From positions 131,736 to 195,735 of the forward strand of contig JBEKIG010000001.1 of NCBI GenBank assembly GCA_050011875.1: DNA of 64,000 nt, written 5' to 3'. Under the pieces are notes generated by a model that worked only from the letters and a program-made list of their open reading frames with translations, was not told the DNA's origin and made no database searches. This DNA is from Nitrososphaeria archaeon (GTDB lineage: Archaea > Thermoproteota > Nitrososphaeria > JACIWG01). Below are positions 30,639 to 39,082 of this stretch, one piece after another (the first letter of the stretch is position 1; every line of letters begins with the position of its first letter). The position numbers were made by a program, and so were the translations under genes.

Positions 30639-32155
30639 TGAATAAATCATCAAATATACCAGAACTCCCTACCGGATGGTCTTGGACAAATGTAGGAGAG
30701 ATTTCTAAAAAGATACATTATGGGTATACTGCAAGTTCCAAGATTGAACCTGTAGGTCCGAAGATGCTAAGAATCACAGATATTCAAGAAAATGTAGTAA
30801 ATTGGGATTCCGTACCATATTGCGATATAGATCCAAGAGAAAAAAGGAAATATCTTTTAGGCGAAGGCGATTTAGTTTTTGCAAGAACTGGAGCTACTGT
30901 TGGAAAAAGTTATCTAATTAGAGGAAGGATTCCTGAGGCAGTTTTCGCTTCATATTTAATAAGGATCATTCTTTCAGAAAATGTACAAAAGGAATTTGTA
31001 TATTATTTTTTTCAAACTAATAGATATTGGCAACAGATTCGTAGAGGACAAATTGGAATTGGGCAGCCAAATGTAAACTCACAAACTCTGTCTAAAATTA
31101 TACTTCCACTTCCACCCCTTAATGAGCAGCATCGTATTGTTTCTAGGATTGAGGAGCTTTTCACCCGATTGGATGCTGGAGTAGAGTCTTTGAAGAAAGT
31201 TAAGGTTCAGCTAAAGCGTTATCATCAAGCAGTTCTAAAATATGCCTACGAAGGGAAACTGACAGAAAAATGGAGAGAAGAACATAAACGTGAAATCGAA
31301 ATGGCTTCTGCACTTCTAGAAAAAATAAAAGAAAAACGGAGAAGTGACCTGAAGACTCAACAATATGAAATGAAACTAATAGACAAAGATAATTTGTTTC
31401 GACTGCCAAATAGCTGGTTATGGAGTAGAATAGGTGAAATAGCAGAAATTAACCCACGATTGTCAAGTAGTAGTTTGCCCGATGAATTAGAAGTTTCTTT
31501 CTTGCCAATGAGTGCCCTTCAAGAGAAGACTGGGAAGTATGATTTGTCAATTGTAAAGAAATACTCGGAAGTAAAGAGAGGATATACCTCCTTCCAAAAT
31601 GGCGATGTTCTTTTTGCAAAAATAACACCCTGCATGGAAAACGGTAAAATTGCAATAGTAAATGATCTAAAGAATGGAATCGGTTTTGGTTCTACAGAAT
31701 TTCATGTCTTAAGACCTGTATTAGGCAATTTCCCAAGAGAATTTCTCTTTTTTTATTTATTACAAGATAGTCTTAGGAGAGATGCAAAGAGAAATATGAC
31801 CGGAGCAGTAGGGCAATTACGAGTGTCAGTTAAATATATGAGTGACATTGCTATTCCTTTGCCTCCGCTGGAAGAGCTGAGTATCATAGTTAGAGAAATC
31901 ATGAGTAGATTTTCTGCAACCGATAAAGCTGGAGAAATAGTCGAAATAAACCTCAAAAAGGCAGAACAATTAAAACAAAGCATTTTAAAACAAGCTTTCG
32001 TAGGAAAGCTAGTGCAACAGGACCCAACCGATGAATCTGCAGAAAGGTCGCTTGAACGAATAAGAGAGGAGAAATTTTCACATAGTATAGAAGAAAAGGA
32101 TATTACAGGATCAAAGACCTTAGGACAAATGGAGTTAGATCGTTTTGTCAAGTGA
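30635..32155 (+). CDS. hsdS: Type I RM specificity subunit S
   Basis: Two TRDs with ELPTGW/LPNSWLW, LPPLNEQHRIV and QSILKQAFVGKLVQQDP conserved regions. Confidence 0.95.
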   Translation: MMNKSSNIPELPTGWSWTNVGEISKKIHYGYTASSKIEPVGPKMLRITDIQENVVNWDSVPYCDIDPREKRKYLLGEGDLVFARTGATVGKSYLIRGRIPEAVFASYLIRIILSENVQKEFVYYFFQTNRYWQQIRRGQIGIGQPNVNSQTLSKIILPLPPLNEQHRIVSRIEELFTRLDAGVESLKKVKVQLKRYHQAVLKYAYEGKLTEKWREEHKREIEMASALLEKIKEKRRSDLKTQQYEMKLIDKDNLFRLPNSWLWSRIGEIAEINPRLSSSSLPDELEVSFLPMSALQEKTGKYDLSIVKKYSEVKRGYTSFQNGDVLFAKITPCMENGKIAIVNDLKNGIGFGSTEFHVLRPVLGNFPREFLFFYLLQDSLRRDAKRNMTGAVGQLRVSVKYMSDIAIPLPPLEELSIIVREIMSRFSATDKAGEIVEINLKKAEQLKQSILKQAFVGKLVQQDPTDESAERSLERIREEKFSHSIEEKDITGSKTLGQMELDRFVK

Positions 32156-33602
32156 TTCTTCTGCGATTGTCCAGAGGGTTTGGAACTACTGCAATGTGCT
32201 AAGAGATGAAGGAATAAGCTATGGTGACTATGTTGAGCAACTCACCTATCTACTATTCTTGAAGATGGCTGATGAGCAGACAAAAGCACCATTTAACAAA
32301 CCTTCAATTATTCCAAAAGGTTTTGACTGGCAAAGTCTTCTTGAAAAGGATGGTGTAGCACTTGAACAGCATTATCGTGCTATTCTTGATTCTTTAGGTA
32401 AGGAAAAAGGGATGCTTGGTATAATCTTTAGGAAAGCACAGAATAAGATACAAGATCCAGCTAAACTCAAACGCCTGCTTGAACTCATCAACGACGAAAC
32501 TTGGGTGGGAATGGACATAGATGTGAAAGGAGAAATTTATGAAGGTCTATTGCAGAAGAACGCTGAAGATATTAAGGGTGGTGCAGGTCAATACTTCACT
32601 CCGAGACCGCTTATCAAAGCCATAGTAGAAGTGATGAAACCAGAACCTATGATGACTATTTACGATCCAGCATGTGGGACAGGAGGATTCCTTCTAGCAG
32701 CACATGATTATATCTCTAAGAACTATCAGTTGGACATAGAACAGAAACGTTTTCTCAAATACAACACTCTGAAGGGGAAAGATATTGTAGATAATGTGGC
32801 AAGGTTGTGCGTCATGAACCTTTACCTTCATGGAATAGGGGGAGAGGAAAGCCCAATTGAAGTTGGGGATTCTCTTATCTCTGATCCAGGTGAACGCTTC
32901 GACTTTATTCTTACTAATCCACCATTTGGCAGAAAAAGTAGTATTACGATATTTAATGAGGAGGGTGGATCAGGAAAAGAATCACTGCCATACGAGAGAA
33001 CTGATTTTTGGGCAACAACCTCCAATAAGCAGTTAAACTTCCTCCAACATGTAAAAACGCTCCTAAAAATCAATGGGAAAGCAGCTATCGTTGTGCCTGA
33101 TAATGTCCTCTTTGAAGGAGGAGCAGGAGAAACTGTTAGAAAGAAACTGCTTGCGAATTGCGATGTTCACACATTGTTAAGGTTACCTACTGGAGTCTTT
33201 TATGCTCAAGGGGTAAAAGCAAACGTCCTATTTTTTGATAGAAAGCCTGCAAGCGAAAAGCCTTGGACAGAAAAATTATGGATATATGACCTGAGAACAA
33301 ATCAACACTTCACGTTAAAGACAAATCCTCTAAGTTACGAAGACCTTAAAGACTTCATTAAATGCTATAACTTGGAAAATCGTCGCAACAGAGAGGAAAC
33401 AGAAAGGTTCAAAGCCTTTACTTACGAAGAACTTGTCAAACGTGATAAGGCGAACCTTGACATCTTCTGGCTTAAAGACGAAAGCTTGGAAGATACCGAA
33501 AACCTTCCAGATCCAGACATATTAGCAAGGGATATAGCCGAAAACCTCCAATCTGCACTGGAGCAATTCAATAGTATTTATGGAGACTTAGAGAATAGAT
33601 AG
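32145..33602 (+). CDS. hsdM: Type I RM N6-adenine methyltransferase subunit M
   Basis: GQYFTPR, DPACGTGGF (motif I), NPPF (motif IV). Confidence 0.96.
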   Translation: MSSDSSAIVQRVWNYCNVLRDEGISYGDYVEQLTYLLFLKMADEQTKAPFNKPSIIPKGFDWQSLLEKDGVALEQHYRAILDSLGKEKGMLGIIFRKAQNKIQDPAKLKRLLELINDETWVGMDIDVKGEIYEGLLQKNAEDIKGGAGQYFTPRPLIKAIVEVMKPEPMMTIYDPACGTGGFLLAAHDYISKNYQLDIEQKRFLKYNTLKGKDIVDNVARLCVMNLYLHGIGGEESPIEVGDSLISDPGERFDFILTNPPFGRKSSITIFNEEGGSGKESLPYERTDFWATTSNKQLNFLQHVKTLLKINGKAAIVVPDNVLFEGGAGETVRKKLLANCDVHTLLRLPTGVFYAQGVKANVLFFDRKPASEKPWTEKLWIYDLRTNQHFTLKTNPLSYEDLKDFIKCYNLENRRNREETERFKAFTYEELVKRDKANLDIFWLKDESLEDTENLPDPDILARDIAENLQSALEQFNSIYGDLENR

Positions 33603-33728
33603 AATATATCAGAATTTCCTTACAACATCCAAGAACACTACCTAATTTTTTATGCATGAACTGACAGTTTACACCAACAAAAGTCAGGGATAAGTTGACA
33701 GAAACTAAGAAAGAGTAGTTTTATATCA

Positions 33729-33917
33729 GTGAAACCCATCGTATTTATTGTTTGCGTGACCGTGCTCATCTTCGCTACGATGTTTCAGCCTGCATTGCCA
33801 ACCACCTCTGGCATGTCAAATACCATGGTACATCTTATTTCCTTCGGGGTAGGTCTGGCTGTAGGGTTTGTCTATTTCGATAGTAAAAAGGTGATGCGGC
33901 TAAGCACTAGCATGTAA
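33729..33917 (+). pseudogene. Possible C-terminal fragment of a rhomboid-like membrane protein
   Basis: Two TM segments with NTMVHLISFGVG resembling the rhomboid TM6 His motif; no N-terminal part is present. Confidence 0.3.
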
Positions 33918-34098
33918 GGCAAAAAGCCTTCAAGACTACCCTATGTTGCTGCTCTCGTTAACAAATACTGCAAGGAGAATTATTGATCGTTTATAATCAC
34001 CAACTAAATAAAATTTGCTTTGTATACTTTGTCATAGGCCCTGTTCATAGGCCATCAGATGGTTTCTAATTCTAGCGAGCATCACAGCAGAAGACGAC

Positions 34099-34635
34099 TT
34101 AACTCTTACATCTCGCTTTGGTCTTTTTACCCCACCAATTGTCTGTTGTCGATGCATCTTCCAGTATCTTCTTAACATCTTCGTAGGAGCGAGACCCTTC
34201 TTTAAGTATATAGTAAACTGCGCAACGACTAGGCATCTTTCTTTCATCAATGCCCAGATATATCAGCAAATCCCGAATTGTATCAAAGATGTCGTAGATC
34301 TTGTTCCTGATGCGATCATTATCGGTTGGAACTATGAATACAAGCAAATCAACAGACCCGCATAGACAAGATTGAATTGAGTCAGCAATTATTGCATTTG
34401 TATCATTCAGTTCACTGTCAAGAACTTCAAATATGATTCTGTTCTTGTTTTTCTTCATAAAATATAAGTCGGGAAAGTATTGTATAGGTAAGATTCTCCT
34501 TCGTGTCGCTTGTGGGTGCAAAATGTACAATGGATCTGTACGCCCGTCTCTGACTTCAATACATTTTTGGTTGTTCTCACCCCCGAATTTTCTTATAAAC
34601 TCTATTACCTTCTTATGATAATCTGATTCGCCCAA
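34099..34635 (-). CDS. Hypothetical protein with PD-(D/E)xK-like nuclease motif
   Basis: ESDYH...YFPDLYF...IIFEVLDSE; TTG start. Confidence 0.6.
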   Translation of the reverse strand: MGESDYHKKVIEFIRKFGGENNQKCIEVRDGRTDPLYILHPQATRRRILPIQYFPDLYFMKKNKNRIIFEVLDSELNDTNAIIADSIQSCLCGSVDLLVFIVPTDNDRIRNKIYDIFDTIRDLLIYLGIDERKMPSRCAVYYILKEGSRSYEDVKKILEDASTTDNWWGKKTKARCKS

Positions 34636-34640
34636 TTCAA

Positions 34641-34751
34641 CTACCTTTTTTTCTTTTGCTTTTTAGGTCTGGCATAGAAAGTAACTCTTTTTCTCCTCTT
34701 TCCTAAACTCTCCGCCAAAAAAGAAACCTTCTTCCTCCTAACTTTAACCAT
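34641..34751 (-). CDS. 36-aa highly basic peptide (not in the ORF track)
   Basis: Hand translation gives MVKVRRKKVSFLAESLGKRRKRVTFYARPKKQKKKR*; 17 of 36 residues are K/R; stop lies 5 bp before the next start. Confidence 0.55.
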   Translation of the reverse strand: MVKVRRKKVSFLAESLGKRRKRVTFYARPKKQKKKR

Positions 34752-34887
34752 ATCTTTTCTCTTGGGTTTTCTTAGTGTGACTTACATAAAACCTTTTTTT
34801 CGCAACCTTATAAAATATATCTGCATCTGAATAAATCAACTCTGCCGTCGTCTTAGCCAGATTATAAATAATACCCGAAAAAAAAAG

Positions 34888-35121
34888 TTAATGTGGACTC
34901 CTAACTATCTTCAGGAGCCTTTCGATGTTGGAAATGTTAAGATTTGTATCCTGCACTTTGTAGGAGTGAATGGTAACAGTCTCCTTCTTTATCTGTTTAA
35001 GTCTCCTTTCCTGCTTCTCAGTTATCTTGCCGTAAACTGCTAGGTTGCACGCTGGACAGATACCGTGAGAGAATAGTTCTACATCAGTCCACTGCTTACA
35101 CCTTGGACATTTCCTTGACAA
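34888..35121 (-). CDS. Small zinc-finger protein
   Basis: CPRC...CPAC; preceded by TCGGGT-AAAA-TTG. Confidence 0.75.
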   Translation of the reverse strand: MSRKCPRCKQWTDVELFSHGICPACNLAVYGKITEKQERRLKQIKKETVTIHSYKVQDTNLNISNIERLLKIVRSPH

Positions 35122-35136
35122 TTTTACCCGAAGTGG

Positions 35137-35172
35137 CTAAACTAGAGGTATAAGTCTATCGAAGTTTCTCAT
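35137..35172 (-). CDS. Putative 11-aa micropeptide MRNFDRLIPLV
   Basis: ATG-to-TAG ORF that exactly fills the space between two TCGGGT motifs. Confidence 0.3.
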   Translation of the reverse strand: MRNFDRLIPLV

Positions 35173-35193
35173 ACTATCACCCGAAAAAAAGTG

Positions 35194-35529
35194 TTAGTCT
35201 ATTGCGATCAGCAGTGCTTTCAGCTCTGGACTCAGGTTCAGTTTTTCTAGATCGCTTTTCGGAAGCGGTTGTTCCACCCTGCGTTCTGGTTGGGCAGGCC
35301 CCTGTGCCTGCTGCTCTATTGCACGTTGAATATGCTTGCAGTAGTCTCTTGACCATATGTCAAGTCCCTTATTCTGTCTACCTTTAACGAAGTGTGGACA
35401 GTTACAGGTCCATCTGCCGTTATCGAACTTTACTACATCATAGAACTTGTCTGGAACAGAGTCACTAAGTATGCGGACAGTTTTAACAGCGTAAGTCATC
35501 CCATTCATTGTCTGAATACCATAGGTCAT
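35194..35529 (-). CDS. SWIM zinc-finger protein
   Basis: YDVV...WTCNCPHF...CKHI (CxCx(n)CxH). Confidence 0.85.
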   Translation of the reverse strand: MTYGIQTMNGMTYAVKTVRILSDSVPDKFYDVVKFDNGRWTCNCPHFVKGRQNKGLDIWSRDYCKHIQRAIEQQAQGPAQPERRVEQPLPKSDLEKLNLSPELKALLIAID

Positions 35530-35558
35530 GGGTACCCGAAAAAAATAAGGCTAAAATA

Positions 35559-36212
35559 TTAGGAGATGGCGGTTATAAGTGCTTTTATCTCTGTACTGGA
35601 AACAGGCAGTTCTCCTTCATCGTATATTTCCACGCTTTTAGGCTCCAAGTCGATCTTAATCTCCTCTCCTGTAACCTTTGTCACCTGCAGGGTTTCCTGA
35701 GCTTTAACAAGGAGGTATTCTGTCCTGAAATCTCGGTAACGGATATATCCTGAAGGTATATGATATTTGCTGAGAGCCTGTACCTTCGCCTGCAGGATTG
35801 TGGCAGGTATTGGTTCAGACTTGAACAGCGTCATATCACATCTATATCTCGCATCTAGTTCTCTGAAGTCAACCAAGTAGTAGTTACACTCATTTTCCAT
35901 GGACCACTGCTTGTCTGTAATCGCGGTGTAGACTTCTCCTTCCATCTTTGTTTCTATAATGTTGTATTTTGCTTCCATGTTTATAGCCTGCGTCAACTGT
36001 GACGCAATAACGTTATCCTGTGGCAGCGCGTCCCTATAGTGTGTTCTCGTCCACAAGACGACGTAATCAGGAACAGCAAATGAGAAGTAAGGTTTAGGAC
36101 TTGTCTCCGTTAACGTGATGACTCTGTCCTCGCCCTCGCAGTGTCCGAAAGCTCCCCTTGCAGAGATGCTGGGTGTTGTGCCCAGCACTAACGCTTTACT
36201 TAACCAGTTCAT
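35559..36212 (-). CDS. Hypothetical protein
   Basis: 217-aa ORF preceded by T9-CGGGT-TAA-ATG; no family recognised. Confidence 0.75.
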   Translation of the reverse strand: MNWLSKALVLGTTPSISARGAFGHCEGEDRVITLTETSPKPYFSFAVPDYVVLWTRTHYRDALPQDNVIASQLTQAINMEAKYNIIETKMEGEVYTAITDKQWSMENECNYYLVDFRELDARYRCDMTLFKSEPIPATILQAKVQALSKYHIPSGYIRYRDFRTEYLLVKAQETLQVTKVTGEEIKIDLEPKSVEIYDEGELPVSSTEIKALITAIS

Positions 36213-36230
36213 TTAACCCGAAAAAAAAAG

Positions 36231-36392
36231 TTAGCCACAGTAGACTACTTTCTCCTTGAAGTCTAAGCCTAGATCTCTAAGTTTCTTGACCAGCTTTCTG
36301 ACATCAGTTGTCTTATGCTGGATGAATACTATATCCCCTTCTATTATGAACTCGTTATCGTTTCCGCGGCAGCTGACAGCAGGCTTAGGCAT
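36231..36392 (-). CDS. 53-aa protein ending in Cys-Gly (not in the ORF track)
   Basis: Hand translation gives MPKPAVSCRGNDNEFIIEGDIVFIQHKTTDVRKLVKKLRDLGLDFKEKVVYCG*; start overlaps the upstream stop (ATGCCTAA) and stop abuts the T9CGGGT motif. Confidence 0.7.
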   Translation of the reverse strand: MPKPAVSCRGNDNEFIIEGDIVFIQHKTTDVRKLVKKLRDLGLDFKEKVVYCG

Positions 36393-36594
36393 GTACTGTC
36401 GCCTTGGTTAATGTGCTGGTAGCATTCATTTCCGTTGTTGGTACAACCTTCTGTACGTCAAGGTCTACGCCGAGCTTTGCTAGCTGTTTAGCGAGCTTCT
36501 CTGCTTCAGCGAGACATGTTTTGCCAGAGAAACCGCTGTAAGTCATTTGAATGGTTCCATCTTTGTTTACGGTTGCTGCAATGTTTTTAGGCAT
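36385..36594 (-). CDS. DUF2997-like small protein
   Basis: VNKDGTIQMTYSGFSGKTCLAEAEKLAKQLAKLG fits the DG...G..G..C......L...LG pattern. Confidence 0.75.
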   Translation of the reverse strand: MPKNIAATVNKDGTIQMTYSGFSGKTCLAEAEKLAKQLAKLGVDLDVQKVVPTTEMNATSTLTKATVHA

Positions 36595-36970
36595 ATGCTT
36601 TAATCACCGTTTTATCCTCAACTTTCTTGGTCTCTGTTCTGTATCCGAGCCCTGAAAGAGCCTTGTTTAATGCATGTGCAGTATAGGTCTGTGTTATGAG
36701 GTTCTCGAAGTCAAGTACGTCATGTTCGTACTGGTAGAAGTCTCCTCTTATCTTAACCTTGCCGTCTTCTTCAACGTCTATTCCTATGCCTCTGTGCATG
36801 GTTGAAGTTTTTATTCCTATGATGAAGTCTGAGTGTTTGTTGCCGTAGTAATCCTCGATTTGAGTGCATATTTCTCCCTCGTTCTCTGCTGCAAGCTCTT
36901 GAATGACCTGTTTTAAGAGGTTGATATCAGGGTTCTTCAGCATACATTTCATTAATGAATATTGGCTCAT
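36587..36970 (-). CDS. DUF1257 / Ycf35-like protein
   Basis: MSQYS...LLKQVIQEL...IEDYYG...IGI...GDFY...ITQTYT...GY pattern; adjacent to the DUF2997-like gene. Confidence 0.75.
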   Translation of the reverse strand: MSQYSLMKCMLKNPDINLLKQVIQELAAENEGEICTQIEDYYGNKHSDFIIGIKTSTMHRGIGIDVEEDGKVKIRGDFYQYEHDVLDFENLITQTYTAHALNKALSGLGYRTETKKVEDKTVIKAYA

Positions 36971-36984
36971 ATTACCCGACGCCG

Positions 36985-37185
36985 TTACTTTCGTTCTATC
37001 TTGACACTAAGGTTGGGCTGGTCACCTGCAAGTGGCGGCAAAAGATGTGACAACAGTTGCTCTGCACTGAGGCATCTCACTATACCCGTTGGAGCAGTTT
37101 GTGTCCAACTATCAACCCCTTTGACGTATTTCCATGTTCTGCCATGTTTGGTCGAGATATAGATTACATAGTCAGCGTTCTTCAA
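36985..37185 (-). CDS. Small hypothetical protein
   Basis: 66 aa, WTQTAPTGIVRCLSAEQLLSHLLPPLAG; TTG start with upstream GGTG. Confidence 0.6.
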   Translation of the reverse strand: MKNADYVIYISTKHGRTWKYVKGVDSWTQTAPTGIVRCLSAEQLLSHLLPPLAGDQPNLSVKIERK

Positions 37186-37250
37186 GTGAATAACACCAAA
37201 GGAAAAAAAGGTTGACGCTTGCCATATGTACCCGAAAGAAAAAAGAGGAT

Positions 37251-37530
37251 TTAAAGGCTTGTTACGCTTGGTGTTCCATCTAGTCCGTCTAATAGTGCTT
37301 TCATTGACGCGTTTTGGTCGGTTGAATATCCTTGCCTTATCATTCTGAGGAAGTACGGATCCTGATTCTCGAGCGTGCCGTATATTCTCACATAGTCTTT
37401 GATCTTGTCAGCCCTATTTTTTTACGTCTGGTTTAGTGGTGTTCATCGCTTTCAGTACAACGTCGGTGGTTATCTTTGAGCTGTCTTCGCTATTCTTTAC
37501 CTCAAACTTAAATTTTTTACAGGCAACATA
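37251..37530 (-). pseudogene. C-terminal remnant of an AAA+ ATPase-like protein (lid region), frameshifted
   Basis: YVACKKFKFEV...KITTDVVLKAMNTTKPD, then an extra A in an A7 run (37417-37423); removing one A extends the frame to TAA at 37251; 5' part missing. Confidence 0.5.
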
Positions 37531-37599
37531 TTAGAAAGGAATTCAAGTGTAAAGTATAAAAAGTGTAATATCTTAGATGCCTTTTCTGTTTTTGGGAGC

Positions 37600-38094
37600 T
37601 TACCAAGGAGCTTCATTATTCTCTTGATAATAAGTATTGAAGTTTTTAGCTGAGCTGTATGCATCGAAAATTTGCCAATAGAAGCCTATGATCTCAAGTG
37701 CTATAAGTACAGCGACTATTGCGATAGACCCAAAACCAGCTGATGAAGTCATATTGCTAAAAGGAGGGTATATTAACCTGAATGCAGTTAATAATCCTAA
37801 CGAATAAGACATATAAGCCAAGGACATGATTAAAAGCAGTCCTACGATTAACCATATTATTCCTCTTAGCACTTTTCCAACATAGAAATGTCCGAAACCC
37901 CATATTCCAACTAACCCAAAAATAGCAGAAATCAATGCAGCAAATCCAGGGTTCTTCAATTCCCTCAACTTTGACATAGCTGCAAGAGTAAGAGGGCTAA
38001 ATTCAGCTGGTGCCATGGACATTCTTTCTCCGCAATAAGGACAAAGTATTGCATCTTTTGGAGCCTCTCTTCCACACTTAGGACACGATACCAT
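37600..38094 (-). CDS. Zinc-ribbon + TM2-like membrane protein
   Basis: CPKCG...CPYCG, KNPGFAALIS...GFGHFYVGK, WQIFDAY. Confidence 0.85.
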   Translation of the reverse strand: MVSCPKCGREAPKDAILCPYCGERMSMAPAEFSPLTLAAMSKLRELKNPGFAALISAIFGLVGIWGFGHFYVGKVLRGIIWLIVGLLLIMSLAYMSYSLGLLTAFRLIYPPFSNMTSSAGFGSIAIVAVLIALEIIGFYWQIFDAYSSAKNFNTYYQENNEAPW

Positions 38095-38185
38095 AGGTTA
38101 ATCATTATATGATGAACTTCTTCAATATTAAGTCTTTCTATTAATTGATCTCTAACTTTTTTTGTTTAATGATATTTCAGTAGAA

Positions 38186-39082
38186 TTATACTGTTCCCGT
38201 AAGTAACTGTAAAAGACTTACATATTTAGTATGTTCTACAGTTCCATTTACTATCATTTGCTGCTGCCAAGTAATTGATGCAGTCGCATTAAAAATCTTA
38301 CGAGGAGGAGGAGGAACAAAGCCAAGATACGCAGGATCGGCTTGGTTAGCTATGACAAAATATAGATTACCTTGACAATTAGAACCTGTTGTAAATGATA
38401 TTCTCATATTTGACCCTACATCATAATGTGATGCATTAGAAAGTGTTCCTTGTTTATAGGAGGTAAAATCACTCTGATTTAAAACGTAAGCATATAAAGT
38501 ATCTCTTATTATTACTGTAGTTTGGATAGCTATTGTTGTAGTTTGGTTAGCTGAAACATCAAAGACAATTGTTCTTCCTGATGGAACATTAACAAGCCAC
38601 CAAGTATAATTTTTAGGGGATATAACAAAGTCCTTATCACTTAAAATTACTTCTGAATTTGTTTTTGTTACTTGATGTAATCCTTTTACAGAGTAAGTTT
38701 GTGGTATTATCGGAATAAAAATTATAGTTAATACAATAAGAACGATAATGAGAGAAACAACAACATACTTAACAACATTTCTCTTTTGAACTTTTTTGGT
38801 AATTCGCGAAGTTCCTTCTTCTATTATAATGCCACAATAAGGACAAAGCAAGGCATTCTTGGGAATTTCTCTCTTACATTTTGGACATAGGAATTTACCC
38901 ATTAAACTGGTTGGCAATTTTGTTCCACAATATGGACAAAGTAAAGCGTCAATCGGGACTACTTTTCTACATTCAGGGCAAAATTTTATATTGGTTGAAC
39001 TTCTGATCAATGTTGTTCCACAATATGGACAAAGTTTAGAGTCGTCGGGAATTTCTCTTCCACAATTGGAACAGTTTGCCAT
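38186..39082 (-). CDS. Triple zinc-ribbon, single-TM protein with extracellular beta-sandwich
   Basis: Three CxxC-x10-CPYCG repeats, one TM helix, beta-rich C-terminus. Confidence 0.85.
   Translation of the reverse strand: MANCSNCGREIPDDSKLCPYCGTTLIRSSTNIKFCPECRKVVPIDALLCPYCGTKLPTSLMGKFLCPKCKREIPKNALLCPYCGIIIEEGTSRITKKVQKRNVVKYVVVSLIIVLIVLTIIFIPIIPQTYSVKGLHQVTKTNSEVILSDKDFVISPKNYTWWLVNVPSGRTIVFDVSANQTTTIAIQTTVIIRDTLYAYVLNQSDFTSYKQGTLSNASHYDVGSNMRISFTTGSNCQGNLYFVIANQADPAYLGFVPPPPRKIFNATASITWQQQMIVNGTVEHTKYVSLLQLLTGTV

Larger units (their letters stand above)
34873..37235 (-). repeat. Dispersed intergenic motif (T-tract)-TCGGGT, 7 copies
   Basis: ACCCGA on the + strand at 34873, 35126, 35179, 35534, 36216, 36974 and 37230; all intergenic, six lying 3-6 nt upstream of a start codon. 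Confidence 0.85.

Noticed and set aside
34641-34751. KKVSF and KRVTF as eukaryotic PP1-docking RVxF motifs
   Set aside because: The motif is short and degenerate and easily arises in a K/R-rich peptide; there is no supporting phosphatase context.
34873-37235. Interpretation of the TCGGGT array as CRISPR or classical integron attC sites
   Set aside because: The motif is only about 6-15 nt, the intervening DNA is coding and very variable in length, there are no attC-type inverted repeats, and no integron integrase is present.
37414-37423. Programmed frameshift or TAG read-through in the AAA remnant
   Set aside because: The gene also lacks its 5' part, so decay or a homopolymer sequencing error is the simpler explanation.
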